DNA of 64,000 bases from Macrostomum lignano (taxonomy: Eukaryota). Positions within the stretch are counted from its first letter, which is position 1; every line of letters begins with the position of its first letter. Shown in pieces: positions 1 through 15,200 of the stretch. The DNA lies in NCBI GenBank assembly GCA_002269645.1, contig NIVC01001184.1, forward strand, positions 124,001 to 188,000. Reading direction: 5' to 3'. Position numbers and translations under genes: made by a program. The notes under the pieces were generated by a model. It saw only the letters and a list, made by a program, of their open reading frames with translations. It was not told the DNA's origin and made no database searches.

Positions 1-281
1 AGATGAAACATGCATGGAAAAATTCAAAACCAGTTAGCTGGCAAATTTGCCTACTAATTAACTAAGCTAATTAAAACTAAGAAGAGCAGCCCAGCAACCT
101 CTGAATGCTTCAAGTTACCCACACCGTAAGACTTTGATACAGCGAATTTGTGCGAATTAATTGAGACTCCGCAGCCAAGGCCAAGGCAGCAGCCAGCAAC
201 GGAGAGCATGGGCGCAAATTAAAGAAAAAAGCAGGCTTTTGATGCAGTACCAATCATGCTGCTGACGGTCTGGGGATGAAA

Positions 282-303
282 TGATAGACAGACAGACACA
301 GGC

Positions 304-372
<69 letters not shown>

Positions 373-514
373 CAGGCAGACAGACAGACACAGGCAGACA
401 GACAGACTGACAGACAGACACAGGCAGACAGACAGAAAGACAGACAGACAGACATACAGACAGACAGACACAGACAGATAGACAGACAGACAGACACAGG
501 CAGACAGACAGACT

Positions 515-562
<48 letters not shown>

Positions 563-643
563 CAGGCAGACAGACAGAAAGACAGACAGACAGACATACA
601 GACCGACAGACACAGACAGATAGACACAGGCAGACAGACAGGC

Positions 644-684
<41 letters not shown>

Positions 685-799
685 GCCAGACACAGGCAGA
701 CAGACGGACAGACAGACACAGGCAGACAGATAGAAAGACAGACAGACAGACAGACAGACCGACAGACACAGACAGATAGACACAGGCAGACAGACAGGC

Positions 800-856
<57 letters not shown>

Positions 857-869
857 GCCAGACACAGGC

Positions 870-902
<33 letters not shown>

Positions 903-915
903 GCCAGACACAGGC

Positions 916-956
<41 letters not shown>

Positions 957-969
957 GCCAGACACAGGC

Positions 970-1006
<37 letters not shown>

Positions 1007-1019
1007 GCCAGACACAGGC

Positions 1020-1052
<33 letters not shown>

Positions 1053-1080
1053 GCCAGACACAGGCAGACAGACAGACACA
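282..1080. repeat. (CAGA)n microsatellite
   Basis: About 800 bp of GACA units with cacaggca variants. Confidence 0.97.
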
Positions 1081-2025
1081 ATCAGAGTTGAATAGAAGCC
1101 AAAAACTAGGCTGTGTGGATGACATGCAAACACAGGTTGAGACTCAGCAATGGTCATATCCTCACGAAAACGGCAGCAGTGCTCAATTGGTAGCCATAAA
1201 AATGCCAATTGCAATCAAGTGTTGAGCAGTCAAGCGCACTCGCAAATAAAATTTTGCCTGAAAGATACCTTTAATCATAAAATCTTGTTAAAGCTATAAA
1301 AGTTAGTAATTATCTTTATTTAATAAAAAACCAAATTCCGGCGCACCCGCTGAGTGACCGCTTGCAGTAGCATAACACGCGTTTGAGCAGTAAATAAACA
1401 AAAAAGAGTAATATAAAATAAATTATAAAAACGCACTCAATCCGAGTGGAAACTGCTTCGATGACTGACTGACTGACGCTTTTGCGAAGCCTTCTCTTAT
1501 CGATCAGAGCCAGGCGCTGATGACCGACTTGGATGACAGATTTTATGGCGGAGAAAGATTCGGAACAGAGAGGAGAAAGTTGTTGCTAGGGTGAATCAGA
1601 ATCGGCATATTTTCCTATGTAATTCAATCGTGTTAATAAATTTGTTTAGCCGTGGCGCAAGAGAGAGAAAAAAGTAAAATTTTGAATCTGCACTAATTTT
1701 GATGCATTCTGGTAATAATCAATTTGAAATGCTGTTAGTTAGAGATTCAGTTTTATAAATTACCATAAGAACATTTTATGGACTAGGACTGTATGAGGAC
1801 TGTACATGATGCACTATTAGCACTATAGCAGTTTGCACTGCTGACACCAATGTTTAGACAAAGGTTGACGGCAATTCCTCCATTTTCGCTTCAGTCAGGA
1901 CTCGCCGACTTTGAGCAGCCTGTTTTGCACGCGTAAAAAGATAAAAAATGGTAAAATATCCAGTTAATGATTTGCCAGCAGTGTTATTGTGCAAGATGAT
2001 GTATTTAGTCTGTTGAGATGCTTCA

Positions 2026-2575
2026 TTCCCTGACCAATCAGAGAGATCGGCGAGTCTCTTCTCTCTGACCAATCAGAGATCGGCGAGTCTCTTCTCCCTG
2101 ACCAATCAGAGAGATCGGCGAGTCTCTTCTCCCTGACCAATCAGAGATCGGCGAGTCTCTTCTCTCTGACCAATCAGGGATCGGCGAGTCTCTTCTCTCT
2201 GACCAATCAGAGATCGGCGAGTCTCTTCTCTCTGACCAATCAGGGATCGGCGAGTCTCTTCTCTCTGACCAATCAGGGATCGGCGAGTCTCTTCTCTCTG
2301 ACCAATCAGGGATCGGCGAGTCTCTTCTCTCTGACCAATCAGGGATCGGCGAGTCTCTTCTCTCTGACCAATCAGAGATCGGCGAGTCTCTTCTCCTTGA
2401 CTAATCAGAGATCGGCGAGTCTCTTTTCCTTGACTAATCAGAGATCGGCGAGTCTCTTCTCCTTGACTAATCAGAGATCGGCGAGTCTCTTCTCCCTGAC
2501 CAATCAGAGATCGGCGAGTCTCTTCTCCCTGACCAATCAGAGATCGGAGAGTCACTTCTCTCTGACCAATCAGAG
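2026..2575. repeat. 33-bp minisatellite, about 16 copies
   Basis: tctcttctctctgaccaatcagagatcggcgag. Confidence 0.95.
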
Positions 2576-3003
2576 AAATATTTCAAAATAAAAAGCTACT
2601 AAGTTATCTATTTGAAACAACATCCATCCGACAATATCCATGGGAAATAATTATAGCAAGGGTTATTGACAATCTGAATAACAAGTTCTAAATAAAAGGC
2701 GCAACTGACAGTTACAAATTGAATTAAATTATCTTTACAAAATATGCCTACTCGTTTCAGTGCCAGTTTAGACTATAAAAAAGTAAGAAAGTGACAGGTA
2801 TAACAACAACACTGCAGTGACAGATGCTACTGATGTGAAAGTGATCTGTGACAGGTGTACTAATTAATAATCAACAAGGTGAATGCTGAAATGATGTCTA
2901 CAGTGATTTATATTACACCCAAAACTTGCTTACTTGCTGTATTAAACACACGGGAGATTGAGAGGAGGGGTTACAGTAGGGTCGACTTTGAAGGTCGCGG
3001 AAA

Positions 3004-3024
3004 TCATGGATTTCGAGCGGCAGC
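3004..3024 (-). CDS. Putative terminal exon (AAARNP*)
   Basis: ccccag| acceptor in phase 0 leading to TGA; short and weakly supported. Confidence 0.45.
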   Translation of the reverse strand, partial: AAARNP

Positions 3025-6000
3025 CTGGGGTATTCGATTGTGTACACAAATATATTAGTAATAATACAGAATTATTATAAATACAGGTAATTATTTTTGC
3101 TATAAAACTGAATCTTTTTTCAAACGGTGATTTTACCGCAGAAATGTAAAAGCAATAAAGCAGAATTTTAAGCATAAATATGTATAAATATTTGCATTAA
3201 TATCAACCGGTGATGGCATGCAAATGCAACTTATGATTGTAAAGCTTTCAACTGCATCGATAAATAAATAATCAATATAAATATTAATTTATATCAATAT
3301 TTAATTTTAATTTTAATCAGGACCTAGGTACATAAAAATAATTCATCATTAACTTACAGGTGCGTCGTTCTGGTTCACTCTGCCGTAGCCAGCCTTGTCG
3401 CTTCTGAAATTGTTTTCGGTAAAATTTCAGGTCTCTGTTATTTCACTCGAATGAGTGCTTCAATAGCATCACAACAAGGTTTAAAATGGCGCCAAAACGA
3501 AAACATGCAATGGAATGATGGGAATGATGGGAAATGAGTCAAACTGAAAATTAAATTGGCGCCATAAATCTGATTTTAATTGGCGCTATAAATCTGATTT
3601 AAATTGGCGCCATAAATCTGATTTAAATTGGTGCTGTAATCAGATTTAAATTGGTGCTGTAATCAGATTTAAATTGGCGCCATAAATTTGATTTGAATTG
3701 GTGCCATAATCAGATTTAAATTGGCGCCAAAAATCTGATTTAAATTGGCTCCATAAATGTGATTTGAATTGGTGCCATAAATCAGGTTTGAATTGGCGCC
3801 ACAAATCTAAGCGCTATAAATCTGATTTGAATTGGCGCAATAAATCAGATTTAAATTCGCGTTATAAATCTGATTTGAATTCGCGCCATAATTCTGATTT
3901 GAGTTGGTGCCATAAATCGGAAAAAATTAGCGCCATAAAACAGACTTGAATTGGCGCCAGAAAGGCAAAAGCAGCGCACCATACTTACGCAGGCTTGGGA
4001 GCGGCACTCCGCCGTTTCAAAGCGTACGCAATGCCGGCCGCAATGATGACGAAGGCCAATATGGCGGCAATCACTATGCCGGCAGTCATCATGGCAGAAT
4101 TAGTCGCTGCAATAAATAACGAATGAAAAATGCGTTACTTGCCTACTATTATAAGTAGGATAATTCGACTAGCAAGTTTAAAGAAATGACTAGAATTCGT
4201 ACTCTTCCCGCGCGAGTCCAGAAAATTCGACGAAGCCCTAATTTTATTCCAAGCCCCCGAACTCCCCCAGCTCCACAGCCTCAACTCCTACTCCCCTAAG
4301 ATCCCAATCCCTTTCCCCCTTTTCCCTAATATCCTTGCTCCGCCGTTCTGCTCCCAGTTCTCCTACAGAGGCTGAACCAGAGAGGCAACAGAGAGAGACA
4401 GAAAAAAACACGTGACTGACAAGAGGGAGGAGAGGAGAAGAGGGGGGAAGGAGGCATGAGGAGAAGGGCCATGAGCACAGGCAGTATAGCAGCAGCATAT
4501 TCACACAGCTACTCAGTGAAACACGAATAGAAAACAGAAGGGAGGTGAACACAGAGAGAGAGATGGAACACAAGAGTACATTGTACAAACAGTCCATAAC
4601 TCGCCTCAGAGTTAGTCTCGTGTTAGTGCTCAAAAACACTGCTCATCCCTCTGCTGTGTGTGTTTTCTTTCTCAAGGGAAGAGAGACATCGCAGTCTGAA
4701 ATTCCCCGAGGGGGATTAGCGAGAGCCGCCGGGACAGACGGAAGGAAAATCCTTAAATAACCGGTAGAACTCGGGGAAGGATGGGCTGCAGGGGTGAATG
4801 ACTGCAGAGGCTGCTCCCAGCCCTGACTTAGTTTCTCTGCTAGAGACAGAGAATCTGGATCGAAGAGGTGAGGCGAGAGCTGCTGCTTCATCTCCCTGTG
4901 CCAGCGTCAGCCGTTTCCCATCTCAATTAGTTAATTCGGTCTATTCAGCTCGGGGCTGAATACAATTATCTGGGATGCGTCACGGCCACAGGAGGCTGCA
5001 ATTAACCCGGCAACTTTAATGGGAATTACCTGAAATTTAATGCACCAGAATAAAGCTGGGGGAAATTCTAATTGAAACAGATGAATTATTGTGAGAAAAA
5101 TTGCATGAATGACGGAATGAATGCAGGCAAGAGAAGACGCGGGATATGTAGGAGGGAAAGAGTAGAGAGGATTGGTAGAGAGAGAGAAGAATGGAAAGAG
5201 AGGGGAGAGGATGGGAGAGGAGAGACAGGGAGAAAGAGGGAGAGAGAGGGAGAGAGGAGAAAGATGGTGAAGAGAAAGGATGGGAGAGAGAAGTGAGAGA
5301 GGAGAATGTAAAGAGAGGAGAGAGGAGGGGACAAAGGAGGGGAGGGAGAAGGAGAGGGAGAGAGAGAGGGAGAGTGAGAGAGAGGGAGAGAGTGAAAGGG
5401 CGAGAGAGGGAGAGGAAGAGAGAGGGAGAGAGGGAGAGGGAGAGAGAGGGAGAGAGGGAGAGAGGGAGAGGAAGAGAGAGGAGAGGGAGGGAGAGTGAGC
5501 GAGAGAGGGAGAGAGAGGGAGAGAGAGGGAGAGAGAGGGAAAGGGCGAGAGAGGGAGAGAGAGGGAGAGAGAGGGAGAGAGGGACAGGGACAGGGAGAGA
5601 GAGGGAGAGAGAGGGAGAGAGAGGGAGAGAGAGCGAAAGGGCGAGAGAGGGAGAGAGAGGGAGAGAGAGGGAGAGAGGGACAGGGACAGGGAGAGAGAGG
5701 GAGAGAGAGGGAGAGAGAGGCAGAGGAGAAAGAGGGTGAGGAGAGAGGATGGGAGAGAGAAGAGGAGAGAGAGGGAGAGATTGAGAGAAAAGGAGAGAAT
5801 GGTAGAGAGAGAGAAGAGATGAGAGAAGAGGGGAGAGGTGAGGAGGTGAGATAGGAAAGATGGGAGAGACGCGTGAACACGGGTACTGCCCAAACAGAAT
5901 TAAACAGCATTCGGATAGAGACTTCAACTTCCAACTCAATCAGCAAAGCAATTCGAGCAGTCTGCAACAGGTCCATCAATCAGTCAAACAAGATTTAAAA

Positions 6001-7756
6001 AGTAATTTCTTAAAATAGAATCAAAGGAACCAATGATGGAGCGAGACCGATTCCTGATGAATGAGAGTCTGACAGTCTGGATCAAACTTCTTACTCTTTC
6101 GAAGAATTTACTCTGTCAGCATCTATCAATCATTCTATCCGTCCATCCAGCTCGTAACCATGAATAAGTCTATCTCAAGCTTTTTACAATCTTTTTCATT
6201 CTAATGATGCCAACATGGATGAATAATTTCAATCTAGCAGTCTATTATCATATCAATAAATAATTCAGTTTATCTGAAATCCTGCAGCTCATATCAATTG
6301 AAATCACTGCAGTTCTGCAAAGATGGCGTGCAGTGATATACACAGGTCTGGATCTGCAGCCAGTCAGAATACTGCAAAGCCCTTCGAAGGGTCGCTTTTT
6401 TTACTTTTTTATAGCAGGCTTTTAGGGAAGGCGAAGGGGGCTACGAACGGTTTGAGAGGCGAAAAACGCGGCCAAGGGAGCCTGCAAGTACACGAGTACT
6501 TTAACCAGCGGTTAGAGACAGAAAGTTGAGAGGGAAAGACGGAGTAGGGGAGGCAGGGTAAGAGAGATGACTGCAGAAATAAAAAAGCCAATTTAAAAGC
6601 TTTGCATCGCTAATCTAATGAAGCTGTAAGGCTGACTGGGGCCAGGTTAGAAATTAAATTCTGTATGGAAATGCGGGTGGCGCAAGTCAGGACAGCCGAA
6701 TCCTAGAAATGAATGTATAATATCTATGGGTTTTAATGGGTTTTATGCGTCAGCGATGAACTATTTATTGTTTATTAATTAATTAGATTTAATTGCAGCT
6801 TAGAGACCATTAGTAATAGAGAGTGGAAAGGGTGAGGGTGTGACAGAGTGGGGGAGGTGTGACAGAGTGGGGGAGGTGTGACAGAGTGGGGGAGGTGTGA
6901 CAGAGTGGGGTGTGACAGAGTGGGGAGGTGTGACAGAGTGGGGGAGGTGTGACAGAGTGGGGTGTGACAGAGTGGGGAGGTGTGACAGAGTGGGGAGGTG
7001 TGACAGAGTGGGGGAGGTGTGACAAAGTGGGGGTGTGACAGAGTGGGGAGATGTGACAGAGTGGGGGTGTGACAGAGTGGGGGTGTGACAGAGTGGGGGA
7101 GGTGTGAGAGTGGGGGAGGTGTGACAGAGTGGGGGTGTGACAGAGTGGGGGAGATGTGACAGAGTGGGGGAGGTGTGACAGAGTGGGGGTGTGACAGAGT
7201 GGGGGAGGTGTGAGAGTGGGGGAGGTGTGACAGAGTGGGGGTGTGACAGAGTGGGGGAGGTGTGACAGAGTGGGGGTGTGACAGAGTGGGGGAGGTGTGA
7301 CAGAGTGGGGGTGTGACAGAGTGGGGGAGGTGTGACAGTTGGCGAGGTGTGACATAGTGGGGGTGTGACAGAGTGGGGGGGGTGTGACAGAGTGGGGAAG
7401 GTGTAACAGAGTGGGGGAGGTGTGACAGAGTGGGAAAATGTGACAGATAGAGGGACATGTGACAGAGCGAGAGCCAAGAGAGCTAAATAGTGATGGGAAT
7501 GGAGAATGAAGGAAAAACGGGAGCAGAAATTGCGGGAAAAAGAAGAGAGAGGGAGAGTGGAAGATTGAGGAATCGATTGGTGAGCAAGAGCAATCAATGC
7601 CGGTCACTGTGCAGCTCTTGAATGCGACTCAAGTACGCCTGACTGAGCCCAGTAGTTAGTTAAGACTTCCTCCTACCGCTGGGAGGTGGGGCTGCCCGAC
7701 ATTGCGCGCCTTCGCGATGCCGCACTGCGCTCTCAAAGTTAGATAAGCTAATTAAG

Positions 7757-7787
<31 letters not shown>

Positions 7788-7789
7788 GG

Positions 7790-7837
<48 letters not shown>

Positions 7838-7862
7838 GACTGGCTGTCTGTCTGTCTGTCTA

Positions 7863-7913
<51 letters not shown>

Positions 7914-8158
7914 GTCTGTCTGTCTGTCGGTACCTGTCTGTCTGTCTGTCTGTACCTGTCTGTCTGTACCTGTCTGTCTGTCTGTCTGTTTATCTGTCTA
8001 TCTGTCTGTCTGTCTGTCTGTCTGACTGTCTGTCTGTCTGTACCTGTCTGTTTGTTTGTGTCTGTCTGTCTGTATGTCTGGCTGTCTGTCTGGCTCTCTG
8101 TCTGTTTGTGTCTGTCTGTCTGTCTGTCTGACTGGCTGTCCGTCTGTCTGTCTGTCTA

Positions 8159-8237
<79 letters not shown>

Positions 8238-8258
8238 GTCTGTCTGTCTGTCGGTACC

Positions 8259-8293
<35 letters not shown>

Positions 8294-8304
8294 TTATCTG
8301 TCTA

Positions 8305-8382
<78 letters not shown>

Positions 8383-9182
8383 CGTCTGTCTGTCTGCCTG
8401 TCCGTCTCTCTCTCTTCTTCATGGCTCAATGAGTCCTATACCTGCCGCAGTATACTTACAACATACGCTTAAGTTACAATTCTTGAAAGCTCTGATGAGT
8501 AATTAACGCACACACAGATTTGCCTGCTTAGCCAATCAGTTCGCTACCAAGCCAGGGGAAGCCAGTGGAAACTGATGGGCAATTGTTGCAATAACCAGCG
8601 GTCTCTTCGCTTCTGTCAGCCACGCCAGGGAGGGGGCGGGTCTGGGGGGTCACTGCTGGTCAGAGCCATCCAGCCCAGGCAAGCTCGGGAAGAAAAGGGA
8701 TGCCTTAGGCTCATTCCAGCTGCTCTTCCAGTCTCTCCCCTGCATCTCCCTGCCTCTCTCTGTTCTGCCCGCGGATGCCAAGAGCAAACCAACTGGAAGG
8801 CATTTAATGGAAGGCATGAGGCCGGGGTGCACAGCGCATGCGTGGGGCGGCCTGCGTGTGTGGGAGGGGGAAGGCAAGGTATTTTGCAGCTAGCCGGCTG
8901 TCCACCCTGTGCTGGCGGGCATACAACAGTGCATTATTCACTGTCTTGTGTCAGGCTATTGACTGCCTGAGGCTGGATTAATCAGGCAGTGCGGGCTTTT
9001 CGCTTGCACAGTGATGTGCTTCACTTGAGAAAGTATGGACATTTAATTAGCTTTGTTACTGTGCCTGCGTCTGACCGCTTTGGTTTGTTCTCTGAGACTC
9101 TAAAGCAGACTCTAAGACTGTTGGACAGACAGAACGACAGACACTCAGACAGACAGGCAGGCAGACAGACAGACCGACACTC

Positions 9183-9215
<33 letters not shown>

Positions 9216-9217
9216 GT

Positions 9218-9251
<34 letters not shown>

Positions 9252-10041
9252 CAGTGCTACATAGCTGCAGCTGGGGCAGCAACCTCAATGTCGGCAGAAC
9301 ACAGCCGGGCCAGTTGCCATGGCAACGCACAGCTTGGCCAACTCGCGCTAATCGCAAAGAAACAGCAGAGCAGATCAATCAGCTGGCCGGGATTAATGGC
9401 ATGTATTATAGAATTACATCTCAGTACTCAGCAGGCCTGCTCACACAATGCTAGCTGGAGAGAAGCGGTTTTGACAGACTCAGGAGATGCTCAAAGTCCG
9501 AAGTTACAGCTGGCTAAGCTGAATAGCCCGGCTTATCTCTGGCCCGACAATGTGGCTTCTCGTGTGGCTTTTCCCGGAAAAATGATAATAAAGCTGAGCG
9601 GGAGCTGAGGCGAAGGATTATGGGACGAGAGAGGATCTTTCGAACGGGAACTACCAAATATTTCGTAGAAACCTTGTTTTTAGACGCGATAATTTTTGTT
9701 TAAATTGGGTAAGCGTTTTCTAATTTTACGGCTTAATAAATGTTTCGTATACAGGGCTGAAGTCACGGGATTCCAATTCCCTTTTCCATCTGAAACGAGA
9801 AGAATGCGCATACTGGACTCGTAGCCTCTATCGATAGAAAATATATTTTGCTCAATGGAAACACGAGGGCTGCCAATTGGTTGTGCCTAGATAAAGAAAT
9901 TCGAGTCACCTAAAAAGAAACGAATGTGAGGAATTTTTCCAGCGCAAATCCCATAGGGATTAGCATAGTGCGGCGGGCGAGCATCTTGTGGAGAAAATTA
10001 CCGAAATGGGACAAATCCGTGTCTTTATGGGTAGATAGATG

Positions 10042-10129
<88 letters not shown>

Positions 10130-10288
10130 GGCACAGACAGACAGACAGACAGACAGACAGATAGACAGACATACAGACAGACAGACAGATAAACAGACAG
10201 ACAGACAGACAGGTACAGACAGACAGACAGACAGACAGACAGGCAGACAGACAGACAGACAGGCAGACAGACAGGCAGACAGACAGGC

Positions 10289-10367
<79 letters not shown>

Positions 10368-12046
10368 ACCGATCAGGAGAGAAGAGAGCAGTTTCTGGAT
10401 GGAGAGGCGCAGTTTCATCTGAAGAATGAGTTACTCAGATCAGCAGAGAGCGGTGGACAGGAGGCTGGGCAGAGAAATAAAAAATCGATACAGAGAGAAG
10501 AAAATAGAAGTGCACGAAATCTCCAAATATATTCCGAGTCAGCACACACACACCCACGGGGATACACAACTCTCCCAGATCCCTACTCGCGCGCAAGAGG
10601 AGGCTAACGAAAACGAGAGAGCGGCATCGCTAATTCAAGTTTTGCTCCATCATCGGTGTCAGATATGATATGCTGGGGAGGAGAGGCTGTGGATAGGGGA
10701 GGGGAGAATGGGAACAGACAGATGGGGAATAACGGAGATTTGGCAAGCATTTAGAGAATCAGATTCACAGTACAGCGGCTGCATGCCGCCCCAGCAATTT
10801 TGATGTCAGTTTTAGAATTGCCCAGTGCCCACCCGGAACTTGGGCTGATGGGTCTGCTAACTGGGCTTGAAAATAGACATAATACATGATTTTTGAAGCG
10901 ACGTGTGATGGTTTAGGATGGGTTCAGGTTCACGTGGGTTGCAGATATTTAGAATCGAGTTCTGAATGTGTTCAACAATGGGTTCTATGGATGGGTTTGA
11001 CAATGGGGTTTGACAATGGGTTTGACAATGGGTTTGACAATGGGTCCTATGGATGGGTTCAACAATGGGTTCTGTGGATGGGTTTGACAATGGGGTTTGA
11101 CAATGGGTTTGACAATGGGTTTGACAATGGGTCCTATGGATGGGTTCAACAATGGGTTCTGTGGATGGGTTTGACAATGGGTCCTATGGATGGGTTCGAC
11201 AATGGGTTCTGTGGATGGGTTTGACAATGGGTTCTGTGGATGGGTTTGACAATGGGTTCTGTGGATGGGTTTGACAATGGGTTCTGTGGATGGGTTTGAC
11301 AATGGGTTCTGTGGATGGGTTTGACAATGGGTTTGACAACCAATGGGTTTGACAATGGGTTCTGTGGATGGGTTTGACAATGGGTTCTGTGGATGGGTTT
11401 GACAATGGGTTCTGTGGATGGGTTTGACAATGGGTTCTGTGGATGGGTTTGACAATGGGTTCTGTGGATGGGTTTGACAATGGGTTCTGTGGATGGGTTT
11501 GACAATGGGTTCTGTGGATGGGTTTGACAATGGGTTTGACAACCAATGGGTTTGACAATGGGTTCTGTGGATGGCTTTGACAATGGGTTCTGTGGATGGG
11601 TTTGACAATGGGTTCTGTGGATGGGTTTGACAATGGGTTCTGTGGACGCTGCTCAGAACTCACAGACAAGAGCCACCGAGGCCCTGGCAAGCACTTCGTT
11701 GCCCATTTTGCAGACGAATTCCAGTTTGGCATCCTTGATCTCCGCAGCCTTGCTGCTCAGCCTCACAACCGCGGTAGACAAGCCGGGCGTTTCGCTGTAT
11801 TTCGGGTAGCCCTCCTGCAGCAGGGCCTGATCGATTTCCGTGATGCTCAGCCGCTCGCTGGGGTTGTTGCGGGCCGAGCAGATGGTGATGTCCGACTCCG
11901 TCTGGATTGGCGTCTCCGAGGGCACCGTCACCTCGCTGGCAATGGCCTTGTCTTTGAGTGATGGGGGGATAGATGGAAAGTTAGATAGATAGATAAATAG
12001 ATAGATAAATAGATAGATAGATAGATAGATTGACAGACAGACAGTA

Positions 12047-12085
<39 letters not shown>

Positions 12086-12144
12086 TAGACAGATAGACAG
12101 ATAGACAGACAGACAGACACACAGACAGACCAACAGACAGACCA

Positions 12145-12177
<33 letters not shown>

Positions 12178-12178
12178 T

Positions 12179-12217
<39 letters not shown>

Positions 12218-12218
12218 A

Positions 12219-12289
<71 letters not shown>

Positions 12290-15200
12290 CACCGGTAGCA
12301 GAGCTCACAGGTAGCCAGCAGAGTAATAGTTCTTGTCCGTCTCTCTCCGAATCCATTAAAAGCCTCGCAGGTGTACACCACAGTCGGTTCCCGCGGCACA
12401 GCCTCCTCGAATTCAATCTTGTGACCGACGGTCTGATTGGTGCGGTTCTCTTTGCCGGTGATGCTCACAACAAAGGCCGGCTCGGGACTGGCGGGCTGCG
12501 TCTGGCACAGCACGTTGGTGGGAGTGCCCGCCTCGAGCTGCGGTGAAGGGGGGTATATTCATTAGGGAGATTTTCACTCAATTATTAGAGATATTCAACG
12601 ACTAGTTAGGGAGAAATTTAACGACTAATTAGAGAGAAATTTAACGACTAATTAGACAGATATTCAGCGACTTATTACAAAGATTATTAACGAATAATCA
12701 GAGATATTAGACGACTAATTAGAGATATTCAGCGACAAATTAGAGAGATATTCAACGACTAATTAGAGAGATATTCAACGATTAATTAGAGAGACATTCA
12801 ACGATTAATTAGAGAGATATTTAACGATTAATTAGAGAGATATTCAGCGACTAATTAGAGAGATATTCAACGAGTAATTAGAGAGATATTCAGCGACTAA
12901 TTAGAGAGATATTCAACGAGTAATTAGAGAGATATTCAGCGACTAATTAGAGAGATATTCAACGAGTAATTAGAGAGATATTCAGCGACTAATTAGAGAG
13001 ATATTCAACGAGTAATTAGAGAGATATTCAGCGACTAATTAGAGAGATACGTCGTATTCAGCAACTGATTAGAGATATTCAGCGACTAATTAGAGAGATA
13101 TTCAAAGACTAGTTAGAGAGATATTTAGCGACAAATTACAAAGATTATTAACGAATAATCAGAGATATTAGACGACTAATTAGAGATATTCAGCGACAAA
13201 TTAGAGAGATATTCAACGACTAATTAGAGAGACATTCAACGATTAATTAGAGAGATATTTAACGATTAATTAGAGAGATATTCAGCGACTAATTAGAGAG
13301 ATATTCAACGAGTAATTAGAGAGATATTCAGCGACTAATTAGAGAGATATTCAACGAGTAATTAGAGAGATATTCAGCGACTAATTAGAGAGATACGTCG
13401 TATTCAGCAACTGATTAGAGATATTCAGCGACTAATTAGAGAGATATTCAAAGACTAGTTAGAGAGATATTTAGCGACAAATTAGAGCGATTGTAACGAC
13501 TGATAATGAGTCTTAAAAGCGAGTAACTCGTTTCTAAGTTGGCAAAATGCTAAATTAGTTACAAACCTTAGTGTTGTCGGCAATTTCCTGATTAGTATTT
13601 TTATTCAGAATGCGGAAAGTCTCAATTGGCGGCGTCTTGTCGCCCACAGTGAGTCGGACAATTGGCGAGTCGCCGTCAGTTTGATCGTAGGTTTTGGAGA
13701 GGCGCTGGACCCGGCAGTAATAATTGTTTTGCATTGTGTCCCGCCTAGCCGGGATGTCCTTGACTACCAGCGAGTTGCACGAGGTGCCCTCGTGATTGCA
13801 CGACGAGAAAATGCATTTGGTCTCCGTGACCTGACTTTCCATGCAATTAACATTGATTTCGGCGGCAATCTCGCCGTTCTCACGAAACAGGGTGTAGAAA
13901 ACTGCGCCAAGGTTGCCAACTGGGCCGTGCGAGCAGGTGAAAGTGACCGGATCGTCAGTGATGGCCAGAGTTGGTTTGATGGTCAGGTCGACATTGAACT
14001 GTGCACCTGCTGGGGCTAAGGATAGTGGAAATAATTTCTTAATTAGATAAGTACTTAATGAATTTTTAGTTTCGAATTTTGTTTAGCTATGAAATATTTC
14101 TGTTGAGCTTCCTATATACAAAAAATTTATAACTACAAATTTGTTGATCAATTTGAATTTTAAATTTGCATTGCTTTAAAATTGGCATTGCATTAAAACT
14201 TTAAAGCTTAGAGTTAAAAACCAAGAATCAATTTTTTTATTTTAGTATACATCTAAGATTTTAACTTTGTTTTACATCTTGTGTCATGAAAAAAAACAAA
14301 ATTAAATTTTGGCAGGCTAAATTTAAATCATGGTTGCTCAATTGTCACCTTTTTAAAAGCTGTTTTAAACTAATGTCCTATGTATATGTTTAACTTATTT
14401 TACTTTAGGTATCAAAAATTTTATGATCTTTGCAATTCTGGGCTTTAAAAACAAATATCAGCTTTCAACTTTAAGTAATCTATAAACATGGAGTCTGCAG
14501 CTTAACTTAGCAGTTTAAAAGTAGGCCTAAGAATAAGATAGATATTTTGGCATTTTATTATCTGATTTTGATATTTTTATTAATGCCAGCAAGTTTTGGT
14601 TTTTAATATAATATCTCAGAATTGAAGTCAGGATAAAAATGGTAGTTATTTCATTTAAACAACTAAAATATATATTATAGCATATAATACAAAAAATTAA
14701 ATAAGAATTAACAGTAGCAAATACTAATAAACTGCTATAAATCAAGTTCCAAGAAGCTAAAATCTAGTTACAACTTTAATTAGGTAATAAGGCTACTTAA
14801 AAGGTAATAAAAAAATTGGATTTAAAATATTTATGATAGTATCAGTATGTAGCATTTTGATAGCATTTAATTTTTTAATCTTTTTATTACAAAAACAATC
14901 AAAATGATTTTTTATTCTCAAAAACAAAAATATAAATAAAAATTATACAGAGACATCTATCCTAAAGTAACTTAAAATTACTATACTACTAGCATAAAAA
15001 GAGGCTAGTTTCTATAGTGCTATAAGATTTATGAGATTCAAAGGCTAACCACATAGCAGCACCTTTCCTTAGGCAATATAATTACCCAGGCTAGGCCTGA
15101 TATAAAAAATTCTTAAGAATTAAAAAAATTACAATTTTTAAGATTTCCAATGGGCTAGAGATACTTTAAATATAGATATATTTATGCATAGCAAATATGG

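Noticed and set aside
157-1214. Long CLSV-repeat ORFs (also at 8052, 9960, 11928, 33968, 34548)
   Set aside because: Translations of (CAGA/TGTC)n microsatellites, which have no stop codons.
130-2030. Possible exons of a left-edge gene (about 160-270, 1170-1257, 1854-2030)
   Set aside because: Acceptor- and donor-like sites are present but the peptides are short and unrecognisable. An HPHS motif reminiscent of DGAT2 HPHG is not enough evidence.
9905-10418. Extra Ig-gene exons at 10370-10418, about 9906-9980 and about 8453-8484
   Set aside because: Splice-like signals exist, but there is no recognisable domain and no single convincing phase-consistent path; left unresolved.
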